Source: Blepharisma stoltei ATCC 30299 (lineage: Eukaryota > Protista > Ciliophora). From it: DNA of 64,000 nt. Positions within the stretch are counted from its first letter, which is position 1. Every line of letters begins with the position of its first letter. The stretch is from positions 310,001 to 374,000 of the forward strand of contig CBFDEM010000015.1 in assembly GCA_965603825.1 (NCBI GenBank), in the 5' to 3' direction. Both the position numbers and the translations under genes were made by a program. The notes under the pieces were generated by a model. The model was given only the letters and a program-made list of their open reading frames with translations. It searched no databases and was not told where the DNA came from. Positions 1 through 11,374 of this stretch are shown one piece after another.

Positions 1-68
1 GCTGAGAAAGTTGAGCTTGTAATTATATATTTAACTGTGTATAATTGATAGATTCAGATAAATTGTTT

Positions 69-815
69 TTAAAATGGACTTATTAACTCCTCATCTCCAG
101 CTTCGTGCCATCTGCTATGATGTTGGGTATCATAAATATCCCATATATGTGAAGAAAACTCCTCTCCGTTGACTCTATCACTTAACAAAAATGACAGAAA
201 CTTCCCTACTATTTCTGGACTTATGGTAGCAAGGCTACCTAGCCCTGGAGCTTTTTCTGAAGCCATGCGGTACATATTTGTCCTTGCCAAGCCAGGCTCA
301 ACAAGTCCTACAGATGCTCCGTGGATTTCTTTTTTCATGATCTCAGCGATCATATTAAATGCAGCTTTGGAGATTGAGTAGAGAGGAGTTGGAATGGCAT
401 AAAATCTTCCACAGCCAGTAGTGATAAATAATATTTTCGCATTTTCTTCAAATTGGTGCTGAAGACCACGAGTTATAAAGAATGCCCCTCTTGCATTTAC
501 GTTCATGTTCCTATCAAAATCTTCTGGGGTGATATTTTCATCCCATTTAGGGCCAACATCAGCTGCACCATAGACGAGAAACTTAACTCTTTGAGTAACT
601 GCCTGAAGGATTGTATTTACACCTTCTGTTGTAGAAGAATCTGCATCTATGCATTGAATATTTGATGAAATCGAGCTGAATTCTGATTGCTGAGAAGAAA
701 TTGCGCGTGAGAAGGCAAAGACTTGATGCGATGGATAGGTTTTTGCAAGGAGGATGACTAAAGCTTTACCTATACCTTTGCTTGCACCAACAACTAGAAT
801 CGCACTTGATGCCAT
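69..815 (-). CDS. Short-chain dehydrogenase/reductase (classical SDR)
   Basis: GASKGIG Rossmann motif, NVN, catalytic YSISK (YxxxK), EPG; ATG to TAA intact. Confidence 0.9.
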   Translation of the reverse strand: MASSAILVVGASKGIGKALVILLAKTYPSHQVFAFSRAISSQQSEFSSISSNIQCIDADSSTTEGVNTILQAVTQRVKFLVYGAADVGPKWDENITPEDFDRNMNVNARGAFFITRGLQHQFEENAKILFITTGCGRFYAIPTPLYSISKAAFNMIAEIMKKEIHGASVGLVEPGLARTNMYRMASEKAPGLGSLATISPEIVGKFLSFLLSDRVNGEEFSSHIWDIYDTQHHSRWHEAGDEELISPF

Positions 816-1542
816 AGATGTATTAAATTAATAAAGTTATTACACAACTTCCTGAAGAATGCATAAGTATGAATGAAAAAAACTGGATATCTTTTGATCA
901 TTCGCATATATGATAATTAGGCCCAATTTAGATTCTTCATTATTGAGGCAAACTTGCAAATGGGAAAAATTTATACTCATGCTTATTATTTTTTAAAAAC
1001 TTAAGAATTAGATCTTTGTAGAGCCACTTGCCTATGAAAATTGATAATATTTTACTAGTAAAGTCCCGATCAAATGAGTCGAGCCGATGCATGAAGTCTA
1101 TCATAAAGTGTAGTTTACATTAAATAGAATTTGGATTTCTGAAGGACATGATATCTTTAAAACTTAATCTTTGCATCTTAAAAAACACTTCATCTTTCTT
1201 TTCCTTCCATATACGCCTAAAATATACACCTTATCGATATGATTACCTAAATATGAATATGCTCCCTTAATACATCTAAGCACTTCAAAGAGCAGGATAA
1301 CTATTAAGAAGGCTTTATAACTCAAAAATTATGCATCTTAATACCCTAGAGCTTTTATTATTATATACAATTTATCCATAATAAGTCCTATTTAGCTAAG
1401 AAACTACATTTTTAATTGTAGTTTTCTTTATTTTATAAATTACTTCTCTAATCTAAATTCTTTCTTCTCTGGCTTTTAGATGCTTTAAGCAATATTAATC
1501 GCCACATTACGCTTATTAAAACGTGTGGTAATAATAAATAAG

Positions 1543-4500
1543 ATGAAGAAAACAGAAATTGCGGTCTTTTTTCTCTTATTTGTTTGCTTTTCTTCAGCTT
1601 CTCCTATATTTTCCTTGCAAAAAAGCCATGACTTCCCACAGTTCCTACCTAAGAAATTGGCAGAAACAGCTGAATTCCAAGGAAAGTATAAGCCAATCCG
1701 CATCTACTCGGAAGTTAATTCAGGATCTCAAGATAATGATGCTTTGCTAGAGGACTTCGAGAGCTCAGCTAGTAGAGCATCTGAAATCTTATCACATTTC
1801 CTACTTGTTCATCCTTCTAGACAGCCGATCAAGCTTGGAGAAAATAATCATTGCAATTCCACCCATATCAGAAATCCCTCAAAATATAAAGGCATTGATG
1901 CAGATTTAGCCGTATTTTTTACAATGAACAACAACTTAGGCCAAAATTCATCAAGTTTTAGGATTTGCAAAGTGTCAGATGACAATAGGATGATAAGTAT
2001 AGATATTGAAATAGATGCGAAATTCTATAAAGGGCATGATAAACTTTCGAAGATAAATTTATTAAGTGTAGCAATTATTCAAGGGATTTTCCAAAATAGC
2101 TTTGAAGAAAAGGTCAAGATATTGGAAGAATTGGAAAAAGAGCTTGAAAAGCAGAGAGAAATCCTCGGAGCTTGTCCTGCATCTTGCAGTACTTGTGATA
2201 ACACTGGAACAGTCTGCACCGCATGCAATACTGGCTACTATTTAAGCGGAAGCGTCTGTTCAGCGTGCCAGGCTCCTTGTGCTAGTTGCCAAACCACTGC
2301 TACAACTTGTCTATCCTGTGATGACACTGGAGCTATGACATTATCTAATAATGCTTGCACCTGTAATGATCCAAACGCTTTATTTAATACTCAAAGTTTA
2401 CTTTGCCAATGCAAAACAGGGTATTATCAAGGTACTAATTCCTGCCAAGCTTGCCAAAATCCTTGTTCAGCCTGCAGCGGCAGCGCAACAACATGTACAG
2501 CATGCGTAGCAGGTTACTATCTCCATGTAAGTCTATGTCTTACCTGCCAAGCTCCATGCTTAACCTGCTCAACTAGCTCTACAGCCTGCACAAGTTGTGA
2601 TGATTCAAGTAATATGAACCTTAATACCAACACCAATACCTGCACTTGCAAAGATCCAAATGCATCATTCAATACAGTAACAACTAAATGTGCCTGCAAT
2701 TCAGGATATTGGGGCACTCCTGGCAGCTGCACAGCTTGTCAATCGCCATGCTCAAGCTGCACGACATCAGGAACTACATGCTCGTCATGTGTAGCAGGAT
2801 ATTGGCTAAATGGTATTAATTGCTTTCCTTGTGTGGGCCCATGTGCAACTTGCTCTACATCAGCTAGTGCTTGCGTGACATGCGATGACAGCGCTCATAT
2901 GACTCAAAATGGAGACGTCTGCACTTGCACTGATCAAAATGCATATTTTAATACTCAAACTCTACTATGTCAATGCAATGCAGGATATTTTGGATCTCCT
3001 AATGCTTGCACTGCTTGCTCTCCTCAGTGCTCAACTTGCACAAATACTGCTGGAAATTGCCAAGTATGTTCAGATCCAACTCATATGACAGCAGCTCCAG
3101 CTTGCAGCTGTCCAACAAATGGCGTTTTGTCTGGAACAAGCTGTGTCTGCAATAGTGGATATTATTTTAGCTCAAATACTGTTTGCGCGGCTTGTACTAC
3201 ACCTTGCGCTCAATGCAGTGGAAGTGCAACTACCTGTACAGGATGCGTTGATGGGTACTATTTGCATGGAAATGTATGCTTAACTTGCCAGCCTCCTTGC
3301 TTTGAGTGCTCTGGAACTTCTACGTTCTGTACTACTTGCGATGATTCCAATAATATGATAAACAATGCAGGGACATGCACTTGTAAAGATCCAAATGCTT
3401 CTTTTAGCACCCAATCGGCTACTTGTGCTTGTAATACAGGATACTGGAACAGTGCTGGAACTTGCACTGCTTGTACAGCCCCATGCACAGCATGCTCAAC
3501 ATCAGGGACTACTTGCACTGCTTGCCCTAACGGATATTATCTAAATGGATCTACCTGCTCCCTTTGCCAAGCTCCTTGCGCTACTTGTTCTAATAGCGCC
3601 ACTTTTTGCCTTACCTGTGACGATTCTCAGCATACCTCTCTAAATGGCGGAGTGTGCAGCTGCATAGATCAAAACGCTTCATTCAATACTCAAAGTTTAG
3701 TTTGCCAATGTAACCCAGGCTATTTTGGAGCTCCTAATTCTTGCACTGCCTGTGCAAGTAATTGTGCAACTTGTACTGGAACTTCCACAGCTTGTTCAAC
3801 TTGTGAAGATACCACTCACATGACAGCAGCTCCAGCTTGCGCCTGTCCATTAAACTCAGCACAAGTTGACTCTGCCTGCATTTGCAATAACGGATATTAT
3901 TTCAGCACGAATACAGTTTGCTCAAGCTGCGCTCCTCAATGCTCAACTTGCTCTGCGCTAACTCAATGCACTCAATGCAGCGATCTAATTCACATGGGGC
4001 CAGCTCCTACTTGCTCATGCCCAGCTAATGGGGCACTTCAAGGAAGTACTTGTGTTTGCAACGCTGGATATTTTTTTAGCACAAACACTGTTTGCTCTTC
4101 ATGCTCAAGCAATTGTGTCACGTGTACAAGTTCTGCTGGAAATTGCTTAACTTGTTCTGACGCCACTCATATGTCAGCTGCTCCAGCCTGCACCTGCCCA
4201 GCAAATTCAGTTCTAACTAATGGAGCTTGTGTGTGTCCAAATGGTTTCTTCTATTCAACAGCTACTTCTTGTGTTGCTTGTGCCGGTCAATGTGCTACAT
4301 GCTCAACAACAAATACCAATTGTCAGACCTGTTCAGATCCAACTCATATGACAGCAGCTCCAGCTTGCAGCTGTCCAACAAATGGCGTTTTGTCTGGAAC
4401 AAGCTGTGTCTGCAATAGTGGATATTATTTTAGCTCAAATACTGTTTGCGCGGCTTGTACTACACCTTGCGCTCAATGCAGTGGAAGTGCAACTACCTGT

Positions 4501-7500
4501 ACAGGATGCGTTGATGGGTACTATTTGCATGGAAATGTATGCTTAACTTGCCAGCCTCCTTGCTTTGAGTGCTCTGGAACTTCTACGTTTTGTACTACTT
4601 GCGATGATTCCAATAATATGATAAACAATGCAGGGACATGCACTTGTAAAGATCCAAATGCTTCTTTTAGCACCCAATCGGCTACTTGTGTTTGTAATAC
4701 AGGATACTGGAACAGTGCTGGAACTTGCACTGCTTGTACAGCCCCATGCACAGCATGCTCAACATCGGGGACTACTTGCACTGCCTGCCCTAACGGATAT
4801 TATCTAAATGGATCTACCTGCTCCCTTTGCCAAGCTCCTTGCGCTACTTGTTCTAATAGCGCAACAAACTGTCTAACTTGCGATGATCCTACAGATACGA
4901 CTCTTAACGGCGGAGTATGTAGCTGCACAGACCAACATGCCTCGTTTAATGCTCAAAATACAGCTTGCCAATGTAGCCCAGGTTACTTCGGGGCTGCTAA
5001 TTCTTGCACTGCCTGCACTATTAATTGTGCAACTTGTAGTAATTCTGCAGCAAATTGCCAGCTATGCCAAGACACGATCCATATGACATCTCCTCCAGCT
5101 TGTGCATGCCCTTCTAATTCTGCTCAAATTGGATCCAGCTGTGTTTGCAATAATGGATTCTTTTACAGCTCTAGCACAGTTTGCTCTGCCTGCGCCCCTC
5201 AATGCTCAACTTGCTCTGCTCTAACTCAGTGCACTCAATGCAGTGATACAGTTCATATGTCACCAATTCCAGCCTGTTCATGCCCAGCCAACGGGGCACT
5301 TCAAGGGTCTACATGCATATGCAATACTGGATATTTCTTTAGCTCGAGCACTGTTTGTTCTTCGTGCAACAGCAACTGTGCTACATGTAGCACGACCGCT
5401 GGGAATTGCTTGACTTGTTCTGACGCCACTCATATGTCAGCTGCCCCAGTGTGTACCTGCCCATCAAATTCAGTTCTAACTAATGGAGCTTGTGTGTGTC
5501 CAAATGGTTTCTTCTATTCAACAGCTACTTCTTGTGTTGCTTGTGCCGGTCAATGTGCTACATGCTCAACAACAAATACCAATTGTCAGACCTGTTCAGA
5601 TCCAACTCATATGACAGCAGCTCCAGCTTGCAGCTGTCCAACAAATGGCGTTTTGTCTGGAACAAGCTGTGTCTGCAATAGTGGATATTATTTTAGCTCA
5701 AATACTGTTTGCGCGGCTTGTACTACACCTTGCGCTCAATGCAGTGGAAGTGCAACTACCTGCACAGGATGCATTGATGGGTACTATTTGCATGGAAATG
5801 TATGCTTAACTTGCCAGCCTCCTTGCTTTGAGTGCTCTGGAACTTCTACGTTCTGTACTACTTGCGATGATTCCAATAATATGATAAACAATGCAGGGAC
5901 ATGCACTTGTAAAGATCCAAATGCATCATTTAACACCCAATCAGCGACTTGTGTTTGTAATACAGGATTCTGGAACAGCGTTGGAACTTGCACTGCTTGT
6001 ATAGCCCCATGCACAGCATGCTCAACATCAGGGACTACTTGCACTGCTTGCCCTAACGGATATTATCTAAATGGATCTACCTGTTCCCTTTGCCAAGCTC
6101 CATGTGTAAATTGCGTTACCAGTGCAACAAATTGTCTTACCTGCGAAGATCCTACCCATATGTCAGCAGCTCCTACATGCAGCTGTCCTTCATATTCTAC
6201 ACTTGTTGGGAATGCCTGCACTTGCAATTCTGGATATTTCTATAGTTCAACTACTCAATGCTCTCAATGTGACCCTCACTGTTCGACTTGCTCTACATCT
6301 GCAACTACTTGTGTCGCCTGCTCTGACTCCACTCACATGACACCAGCTCCAGCTTGTGTATGCCCAGCAAATTCGAGCCTCTTTGTGTCTAGCTGTGTCT
6401 GCAATCAAGGATATTATTATAGTTCTTCAACTGTCTGCTCAGCATGCTCTACCAATTGCTTAACTTGCAGCACCCAGCCAACTATCTGTGATACATGTGT
6501 TGACTCTGTTCATATGACAAGTCCTCCTGGATGCTATTGTCCTGCAAACTCGATTTTATCTGGAAACTCTTGTGTATGCAATAATGGCTTTTATTTCTCC
6601 TCAAACTCTCTATGCTCTGTTTGCTCATCTAACTGCGCAACTTGTAATACAGGAAACGCTTGCTTGACATGCGTAGATACAACCCACATGACTGCGGCTC
6701 CAAACTGCCAGTGTCCAGCAAATTCATCACTACAAGGAAACGCCTGTGTCTGCAATGCTGGGTATTACTTCTCAGATAATTTAACCTGTTCGCCATGCCA
6801 AGGAAACTGTAAAACTTGTTCAACCTCTGCCACTACTTGCACTTCATGCACAGATTCTGTTCATATGGGTGATGCCCCTATTTGTAACTGCCCTGGCGCA
6901 TCTACAGTGGTGCAAGGAGCATGTGTTTGCAATGCAGGTTATTATTTCAGCTCTAATACTGTTTGCTCTGAGTGCCAAGATCAATGTGCAACATGTAGTG
7001 GATCAGCTGATAATTGCTTAGCATGCGTTGATACTACTCATATGACTGGTGCGCCTGCTTGTGCTTGTCCAGCCAATTCAGCTATAGTCCAGAACGCTTG
7101 TGTCTGCAACACAGGATATTTTTATAGCTCAGTAACCCAATGTTCTGCATGTGCGAGCCAGTGCGCTACTTGCAGCAATACTAACACAAATTGCAATACT
7201 TGTATTGATACAACTCACATGACAGCTGCTCCTACTTGTGCATGTCCATCAAATTCAATACTAATCGGAGGAACCTGCACATGCAGCCAAGGGTACTTCT
7301 ATAGCACAGCTACAACCTGCACCCAGTGCCAGCCTCAATGCTTGACGTGCTCAAATTCAGCAACTAATTGCGATTCCTGCACAGATACAGTTCACATGAC
7401 TGCTGCTCCTGCTTGTGCCTGCCCGACAAACTCAGCTATTTCTAACGGAAAGTGTATATGTAATACTGGCTATTACTTTAGCTCAAACGGTGTTTGTTCA

Positions 7501-10500
7501 CCATGCGCTTCACAGTGTGCGACCTGCAGCATAAGCAACACTTCGTGTTCTACCTGTGTGGACCATGTCCATATGTCTAACCCTCCTACATGTTCATGCC
7601 CAAGCAACTCTGTCTTGACTGCTGGTAACTGTGTCTGTAATGCAGGCTACTTCTTTAGCACAGCCACTGTTTGCACTCAGTGTGCTACTCAGTGTTCAGC
7701 CTGTAGCGGATCTTCAACAACCTGCTCTGCTTGTGTGGATACTGTTCATGCAGCAGCTGCGCCTTCGTGTGCTTGCCCAGCGAACTCATCTTTAGTCGGG
7801 AATTCTTGTGTTTGTAATACAGGATATTATTATAGCAGCGCTACCACGTGCTCACCTTGCCAAGTAAATTGCGCTACATGTGATACCAACCCTAACACCT
7901 GTGACACTTGTATAGATCCCACTCATATGAATGGTGCTCCTAGCTGTAGCTGCCCTCAATACTCTACACTTACTACAGGTTCATGCATTTGCAATACAGG
8001 CTATTTCTATAGCTCCACTACACCTACTGTATGTTCTGCATGTGCTTCCAACTGCCAATCTTGCTCAATCTCATCCACAAATTGCAATGTCTGCATAGAT
8101 ACAGTTCATATGCCAAAAGCTCCCCAATGTCTTTGTCCAACTCTCAGCACTCTTGTTGGAAATAACTGTGTATGTAATACAGGATATTACTGGAGTACAA
8201 ACGCTTTATGCAGTGCATGCAGCATCAATTGTGTTTCATGCACAAATTCAGCCACAAATTGCGTTTCATGTGTAGATACAGTTCATATGTCAGCTGCTCC
8301 AGCATGTGCATGTCCTGCTAATTCAGCTTTAGTTGGAAATACTTGCCAATGCAACCCTGGGTACTATTATTCCAGCAACTCAGTTTGCTCTCCTTGTTCT
8401 ATAGAATGTGCTACATGTGCTACTAATCCTGCAGTTTGCGATACTTGTATTGACCCTACCCATATGAGCCAGGCCCCAGCTTGTCAATGTCCTGCCGAAT
8501 CTACCCTGGTAGCTGGCTCTTGTACTTGTGCAGCAGGCTATTATTTCAGCTCAGCCACAGATTGTTCTGCATGCTCATCACAATGCTCTACCTGCTCTCA
8601 ATCTTCAACCAATTGCAATACTTGTGTAGATACAGTTCATATGTCACCTACCCCAGCATGCAACTGCCCAACTTCATCCACTCTTGTTGGCACTACCTGT
8701 GTGTGTAATAATGGCTATTTTTACAGCTCAAGTACAGTATGTTCCCCGTGCTCTCCAAATTGCTCAACCTGCGTGAATACTCAAGGTAATTGCCAAGCCT
8801 GCTCTGATCCAACTCATATGACAGCTGCTCCTAACTGTGCTTGCCCACCCAATTCGTCTTTGGTTAACGGAAACTGCGTATGCAATAATGGTTACTATTA
8901 TTCAAGCAATACTGTCTGCTCTCCATGCAACTCACTATGTCAGACTTGCAATACTTCTCCAACTGCTTGCACAGCCTGTACAGATTCAACTCACTCAAAT
9001 GGCCCTCCAACATGTGCTTGCCCTGCAAACTCAGTTTTTACCAATAATGCTTGCGTTTGCAATACTGGCTATTTCTATAGTACTAATACTGAATGTAGCC
9101 AGTGCGCTAATAACTGCCAATCTTGTGTGAACTCTGCTTTAAATTGTCAAGCATGTGTAGACTCAGTCCATATGTCAGCTGCTCCCCAATGTATTTGTCC
9201 AGCACAAAGCACTTTAGTCAACAATTTATGCGTCTGTAATACAGGTTTCTATTACAGCTCAAACACTCAGTGTTCGCCTTGCTCTTCACAATGTAGCACT
9301 TGCCAAACATCGACTACCAATTGCTTAACCTGTATTGACAATGTTCATATGTCAGCTGCTCCTCAATGCAACTGTCCAGCTAACTCACTTCTAACAGCTG
9401 GAAACTGCGTATGCAATTCTGGATACTATTTTTCAAGCAATACAATTTGTTCTGCCTGTTCTTCACAATGTTCAACCTGCGTCACTTCACAATCAAATTG
9501 CTTAACTTGTGTAGACACCACACATATGTCAGCAGCTCCTTCATGCTCGTGCCCAACAAACAGTGCTTTAACTGGAGGCAGTTGTGTGTGCAATACTGGA
9601 TATTATTATAGCAGCAACACCGTTTGTTCCGCTTGCAATACTCAGTGCTCCACATGTGTAACAAGTGCAGCTAACTGTCTTACCTGCGTTGACAATGTTC
9701 ATATGACAGCTGCTCCTCAGTGTGCTTGTCCTCAATACTCGACGTTAACTCAAGCAAGCTGTGTCTGTAACCAAGGCTACTATTATAGCTCAAATTCTGT
9801 CTGTTCAGCCTGCAGTGCTCCATGCTCACAATGTGTTAATCAATCTACTTTCTGCACAGCTTGCTTTGATTCAACTCACATGACACTTTCGAACGGGCAA
9901 TGTACATGCACAGACCCTAATGCTACTTTTAGCACGAATTCTAATACTTGTGTGTGCAATAATGGGTTCTATAATAATGGAGCAGGGAAATGCTTGCTAT
10001 GCTCTGTTGGCTGCGCAATCTGTTCAGCTGCTAATAAATGCTCTCAATGTTATGATGCAAATAATATGGTTAACCTCCAGACTGGAACTTGCTCATGTAT
10101 CGATAATAAAGCTCAATTCAACCCAACTGCTAACGTTTGCCAATGTCAGCCTGGATACTATAAAACCTCTTCTGGTTGTCAATCTTGCTCATTAGGATGC
10201 CAAACCTGTACAAGTCCCACGAATTGCCAAACTTGCTTTGATCAAATCCACACCACTATTTGGTCTGATGGTTCCTGCCATTGCGATGATTCTGATGCTA
10301 ACTTTGACGCAAGCCAACAAAAATGTGTTTGTGATGATGGATTCTGGAATAGTGGAGGAGCATGTATTAGCTGTCCTTTAGTCTGCAAAACCTGCAGCAG
10401 CCAATTTGCATGTACGACCTGCTTTGATCCTTCACATACTGTAATAAGTGCTGGTGTTTGTGTATGCAGTGATCCGAATGCTCAATTTAATACTGCCAAT

Positions 10501-11148
10501 GAAATCTGTGGCTGTAAGTCAGGCTACTATTTGAATGGAAACTCTTGCTCTTCTTGCGGAAATGGCTGCAGCTCCTGTGGAGATTCAACTTCATGCACTA
10601 GCTGCTATGACACCCAGAATGCAGCTGTAGTCAATGGAATCTGCAAATGCAATGATAAAAACGCTTCAATTTACCCTGGAAGTACTATGTGTTCCTGTAA
10701 TCCAGGATATTATAACAGCCAGACTAATGTCTGTACTGCATGCGATGCCGGCTGCTCTTCTTGCACCGACACCAATTCATGCAAAATTTGTTTTGATCAA
10801 GAAAATTCAGCCTTGAACAATGGCGTATGCACATGTATAGATCCAGATAAAATTTTCAGTACTGAAGAAGAGATGTGTGTATGCAAGAACGGCTACTACT
10901 TAGAGGCACAGTCAAATACCTGCAAGGCTTGTGACGCAACCTGTGCTATTTGTTCTGCAGCTAATGTATGCATTACTTGTCAGGATAGTGGAGCTATGAC
11001 TAATAATAACGATGGAACTTGCTCTTGTACTTCAAAGAATGACAAGTTCAGCTTGGAGACTGATCAGTGTGAAAGCAAGTCTGGGTCAGTGAGCTTGAGC
11101 TTCAGTTGGCTTGCACTTATAGGCTTGATTATGATGAATTGGGATTAA
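1543..11148 (+). CDS. Giant Cys-rich (furin-like/EGF-like repeat) surface protein with signal peptide, degenerate leishmanolysin-like N-terminal region and probable GPI-anchor signal
   Basis: First ATG at 1543 (MKKTEIAVFFLLFVCFSSA signal peptide); dozens of CxxCxxxCxxC...CxC...CxCxxGY repeats; C-terminal small residues then a hydrophobic tail with no cytosolic segment (KSGSVSLSFSWLALIGLIMMNWD). Confidence 0.85.
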   Translation: MKKTEIAVFFLLFVCFSSASPIFSLQKSHDFPQFLPKKLAETAEFQGKYKPIRIYSEVNSGSQDNDALLEDFESSASRASEILSHFLLVHPSRQPIKLGENNHCNSTHIRNPSKYKGIDADLAVFFTMNNNLGQNSSSFRICKVSDDNRMISIDIEIDAKFYKGHDKLSKINLLSVAIIQGIFQNSFEEKVKILEELEKELEKQREILGACPASCSTCDNTGTVCTACNTGYYLSGSVCSACQAPCASCQTTATTCLSCDDTGAMTLSNNACTCNDPNALFNTQSLLCQCKTGYYQGTNSCQACQNPCSACSGSATTCTACVAGYYLHVSLCLTCQAPCLTCSTSSTACTSCDDSSNMNLNTNTNTCTCKDPNASFNTVTTKCACNSGYWGTPGSCTACQSPCSSCTTSGTTCSSCVAGYWLNGINCFPCVGPCATCSTSASACVTCDDSAHMTQNGDVCTCTDQNAYFNTQTLLCQCNAGYFGSPNACTACSPQCSTCTNTAGNCQVCSDPTHMTAAPACSCPTNGVLSGTSCVCNSGYYFSSNTVCAACTTPCAQCSGSATTCTGCVDGYYLHGNVCLTCQPPCFECSGTSTFCTTCDDSNNMINNAGTCTCKDPNASFSTQSATCACNTGYWNSAGTCTACTAPCTACSTSGTTCTACPNGYYLNGSTCSLCQAPCATCSNSATFCLTCDDSQHTSLNGGVCSCIDQNASFNTQSLVCQCNPGYFGAPNSCTACASNCATCTGTSTACSTCEDTTHMTAAPACACPLNSAQVDSACICNNGYYFSTNTVCSSCAPQCSTCSALTQCTQCSDLIHMGPAPTCSCPANGALQGSTCVCNAGYFFSTNTVCSSCSSNCVTCTSSAGNCLTCSDATHMSAAPACTCPANSVLTNGACVCPNGFFYSTATSCVACAGQCATCSTTNTNCQTCSDPTHMTAAPACSCPTNGVLSGTSCVCNSGYYFSSNTVCAACTTPCAQCSGSATTCTGCVDGYYLHGNVCLTCQPPCFECSGTSTFCTTCDDSNNMINNAGTCTCKDPNASFSTQSATCVCNTGYWNSAGTCTACTAPCTACSTSGTTCTACPNGYYLNGSTCSLCQAPCATCSNSATNCLTCDDPTDTTLNGGVCSCTDQHASFNAQNTACQCSPGYFGAANSCTACTINCATCSNSAANCQLCQDTIHMTSPPACACPSNSAQIGSSCVCNNGFFYSSSTVCSACAPQCSTCSALTQCTQCSDTVHMSPIPACSCPANGALQGSTCICNTGYFFSSSTVCSSCNSNCATCSTTAGNCLTCSDATHMSAAPVCTCPSNSVLTNGACVCPNGFFYSTATSCVACAGQCATCSTTNTNCQTCSDPTHMTAAPACSCPTNGVLSGTSCVCNSGYYFSSNTVCAACTTPCAQCSGSATTCTGCIDGYYLHGNVCLTCQPPCFECSGTSTFCTTCDDSNNMINNAGTCTCKDPNASFNTQSATCVCNTGFWNSVGTCTACIAPCTACSTSGTTCTACPNGYYLNGSTCSLCQAPCVNCVTSATNCLTCEDPTHMSAAPTCSCPSYSTLVGNACTCNSGYFYSSTTQCSQCDPHCSTCSTSATTCVACSDSTHMTPAPACVCPANSSLFVSSCVCNQGYYYSSSTVCSACSTNCLTCSTQPTICDTCVDSVHMTSPPGCYCPANSILSGNSCVCNNGFYFSSNSLCSVCSSNCATCNTGNACLTCVDTTHMTAAPNCQCPANSSLQGNACVCNAGYYFSDNLTCSPCQGNCKTCSTSATTCTSCTDSVHMGDAPICNCPGASTVVQGACVCNAGYYFSSNTVCSECQDQCATCSGSADNCLACVDTTHMTGAPACACPANSAIVQNACVCNTGYFYSSVTQCSACASQCATCSNTNTNCNTCIDTTHMTAAPTCACPSNSILIGGTCTCSQGYFYSTATTCTQCQPQCLTCSNSATNCDSCTDTVHMTAAPACACPTNSAISNGKCICNTGYYFSSNGVCSPCASQCATCSISNTSCSTCVDHVHMSNPPTCSCPSNSVLTAGNCVCNAGYFFSTATVCTQCATQCSACSGSSTTCSACVDTVHAAAAPSCACPANSSLVGNSCVCNTGYYYSSATTCSPCQVNCATCDTNPNTCDTCIDPTHMNGAPSCSCPQYSTLTTGSCICNTGYFYSSTTPTVCSACASNCQSCSISSTNCNVCIDTVHMPKAPQCLCPTLSTLVGNNCVCNTGYYWSTNALCSACSINCVSCTNSATNCVSCVDTVHMSAAPACACPANSALVGNTCQCNPGYYYSSNSVCSPCSIECATCATNPAVCDTCIDPTHMSQAPACQCPAESTLVAGSCTCAAGYYFSSATDCSACSSQCSTCSQSSTNCNTCVDTVHMSPTPACNCPTSSTLVGTTCVCNNGYFYSSSTVCSPCSPNCSTCVNTQGNCQACSDPTHMTAAPNCACPPNSSLVNGNCVCNNGYYYSSNTVCSPCNSLCQTCNTSPTACTACTDSTHSNGPPTCACPANSVFTNNACVCNTGYFYSTNTECSQCANNCQSCVNSALNCQACVDSVHMSAAPQCICPAQSTLVNNLCVCNTGFYYSSNTQCSPCSSQCSTCQTSTTNCLTCIDNVHMSAAPQCNCPANSLLTAGNCVCNSGYYFSSNTICSACSSQCSTCVTSQSNCLTCVDTTHMSAAPSCSCPTNSALTGGSCVCNTGYYYSSNTVCSACNTQCSTCVTSAANCLTCVDNVHMTAAPQCACPQYSTLTQASCVCNQGYYYSSNSVCSACSAPCSQCVNQSTFCTACFDSTHMTLSNGQCTCTDPNATFSTNSNTCVCNNGFYNNGAGKCLLCSVGCAICSAANKCSQCYDANNMVNLQTGTCSCIDNKAQFNPTANVCQCQPGYYKTSSGCQSCSLGCQTCTSPTNCQTCFDQIHTTIWSDGSCHCDDSDANFDASQQKCVCDDGFWNSGGACISCPLVCKTCSSQFACTTCFDPSHTVISAGVCVCSDPNAQFNTANEICGCKSGYYLNGNSCSSCGNGCSSCGDSTSCTSCYDTQNAAVVNGICKCNDKNASIYPGSTMCSCNPGYYNSQTNVCTACDAGCSSCTDTNSCKICFDQENSALNNGVCTCIDPDKIFSTEEEMCVCKNGYYLEAQSNTCKACDATCAICSAANVCITCQDSGAMTNNNDGTCSCTSKNDKFSLETDQCESKSGSVSLSFSWLALIGLIMMNWD
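3067..6100 (+). repeat. Intragenic higher-order tandem repeat, period 1263 bp (421 aa), about 2.4 copies
   Basis: tgttcagatccaactcatatgacagcagctccagcttgcagctgtccaacaaatggcg starts at 3067, 4330 and 5593; shadow ORFs recur at the same offset (3258/4521/5784; 4227/5490). Confidence 0.95.
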
Positions 11149-11374
11149 TTATCTCCAATTACTTAAATCTAAATCTTTTATTAAATTAGCTCTTTCCTCA
11201 TTCATATAAAATTAAATTTTTATTATTTCTTGTGTCATTACAGTCTGCTTAGTTAGCTTGCCTTTCAAGAAAAGTGATGAATTTAATAAAATGAAAGTTT
11301 TGTGAAATAATCTTTTACCAAATTGCATTTGGGAAAATCAATATAGGATTATTAATAATTTCACCTAGATATTA

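Noticed and set aside
7890-7897. CCCTAACA, matching a heterotrich telomere unit
   Set aside because: Single copy inside a CDS; no tandem array, so no chromosome end in the window
2517-10816. Short alternative-frame and antisense ORFs inside the giant Cys-rich gene
   Set aside because: Shadows of the repetitive coding sequence; they recur with the 1263-bp period and have no independent motifs
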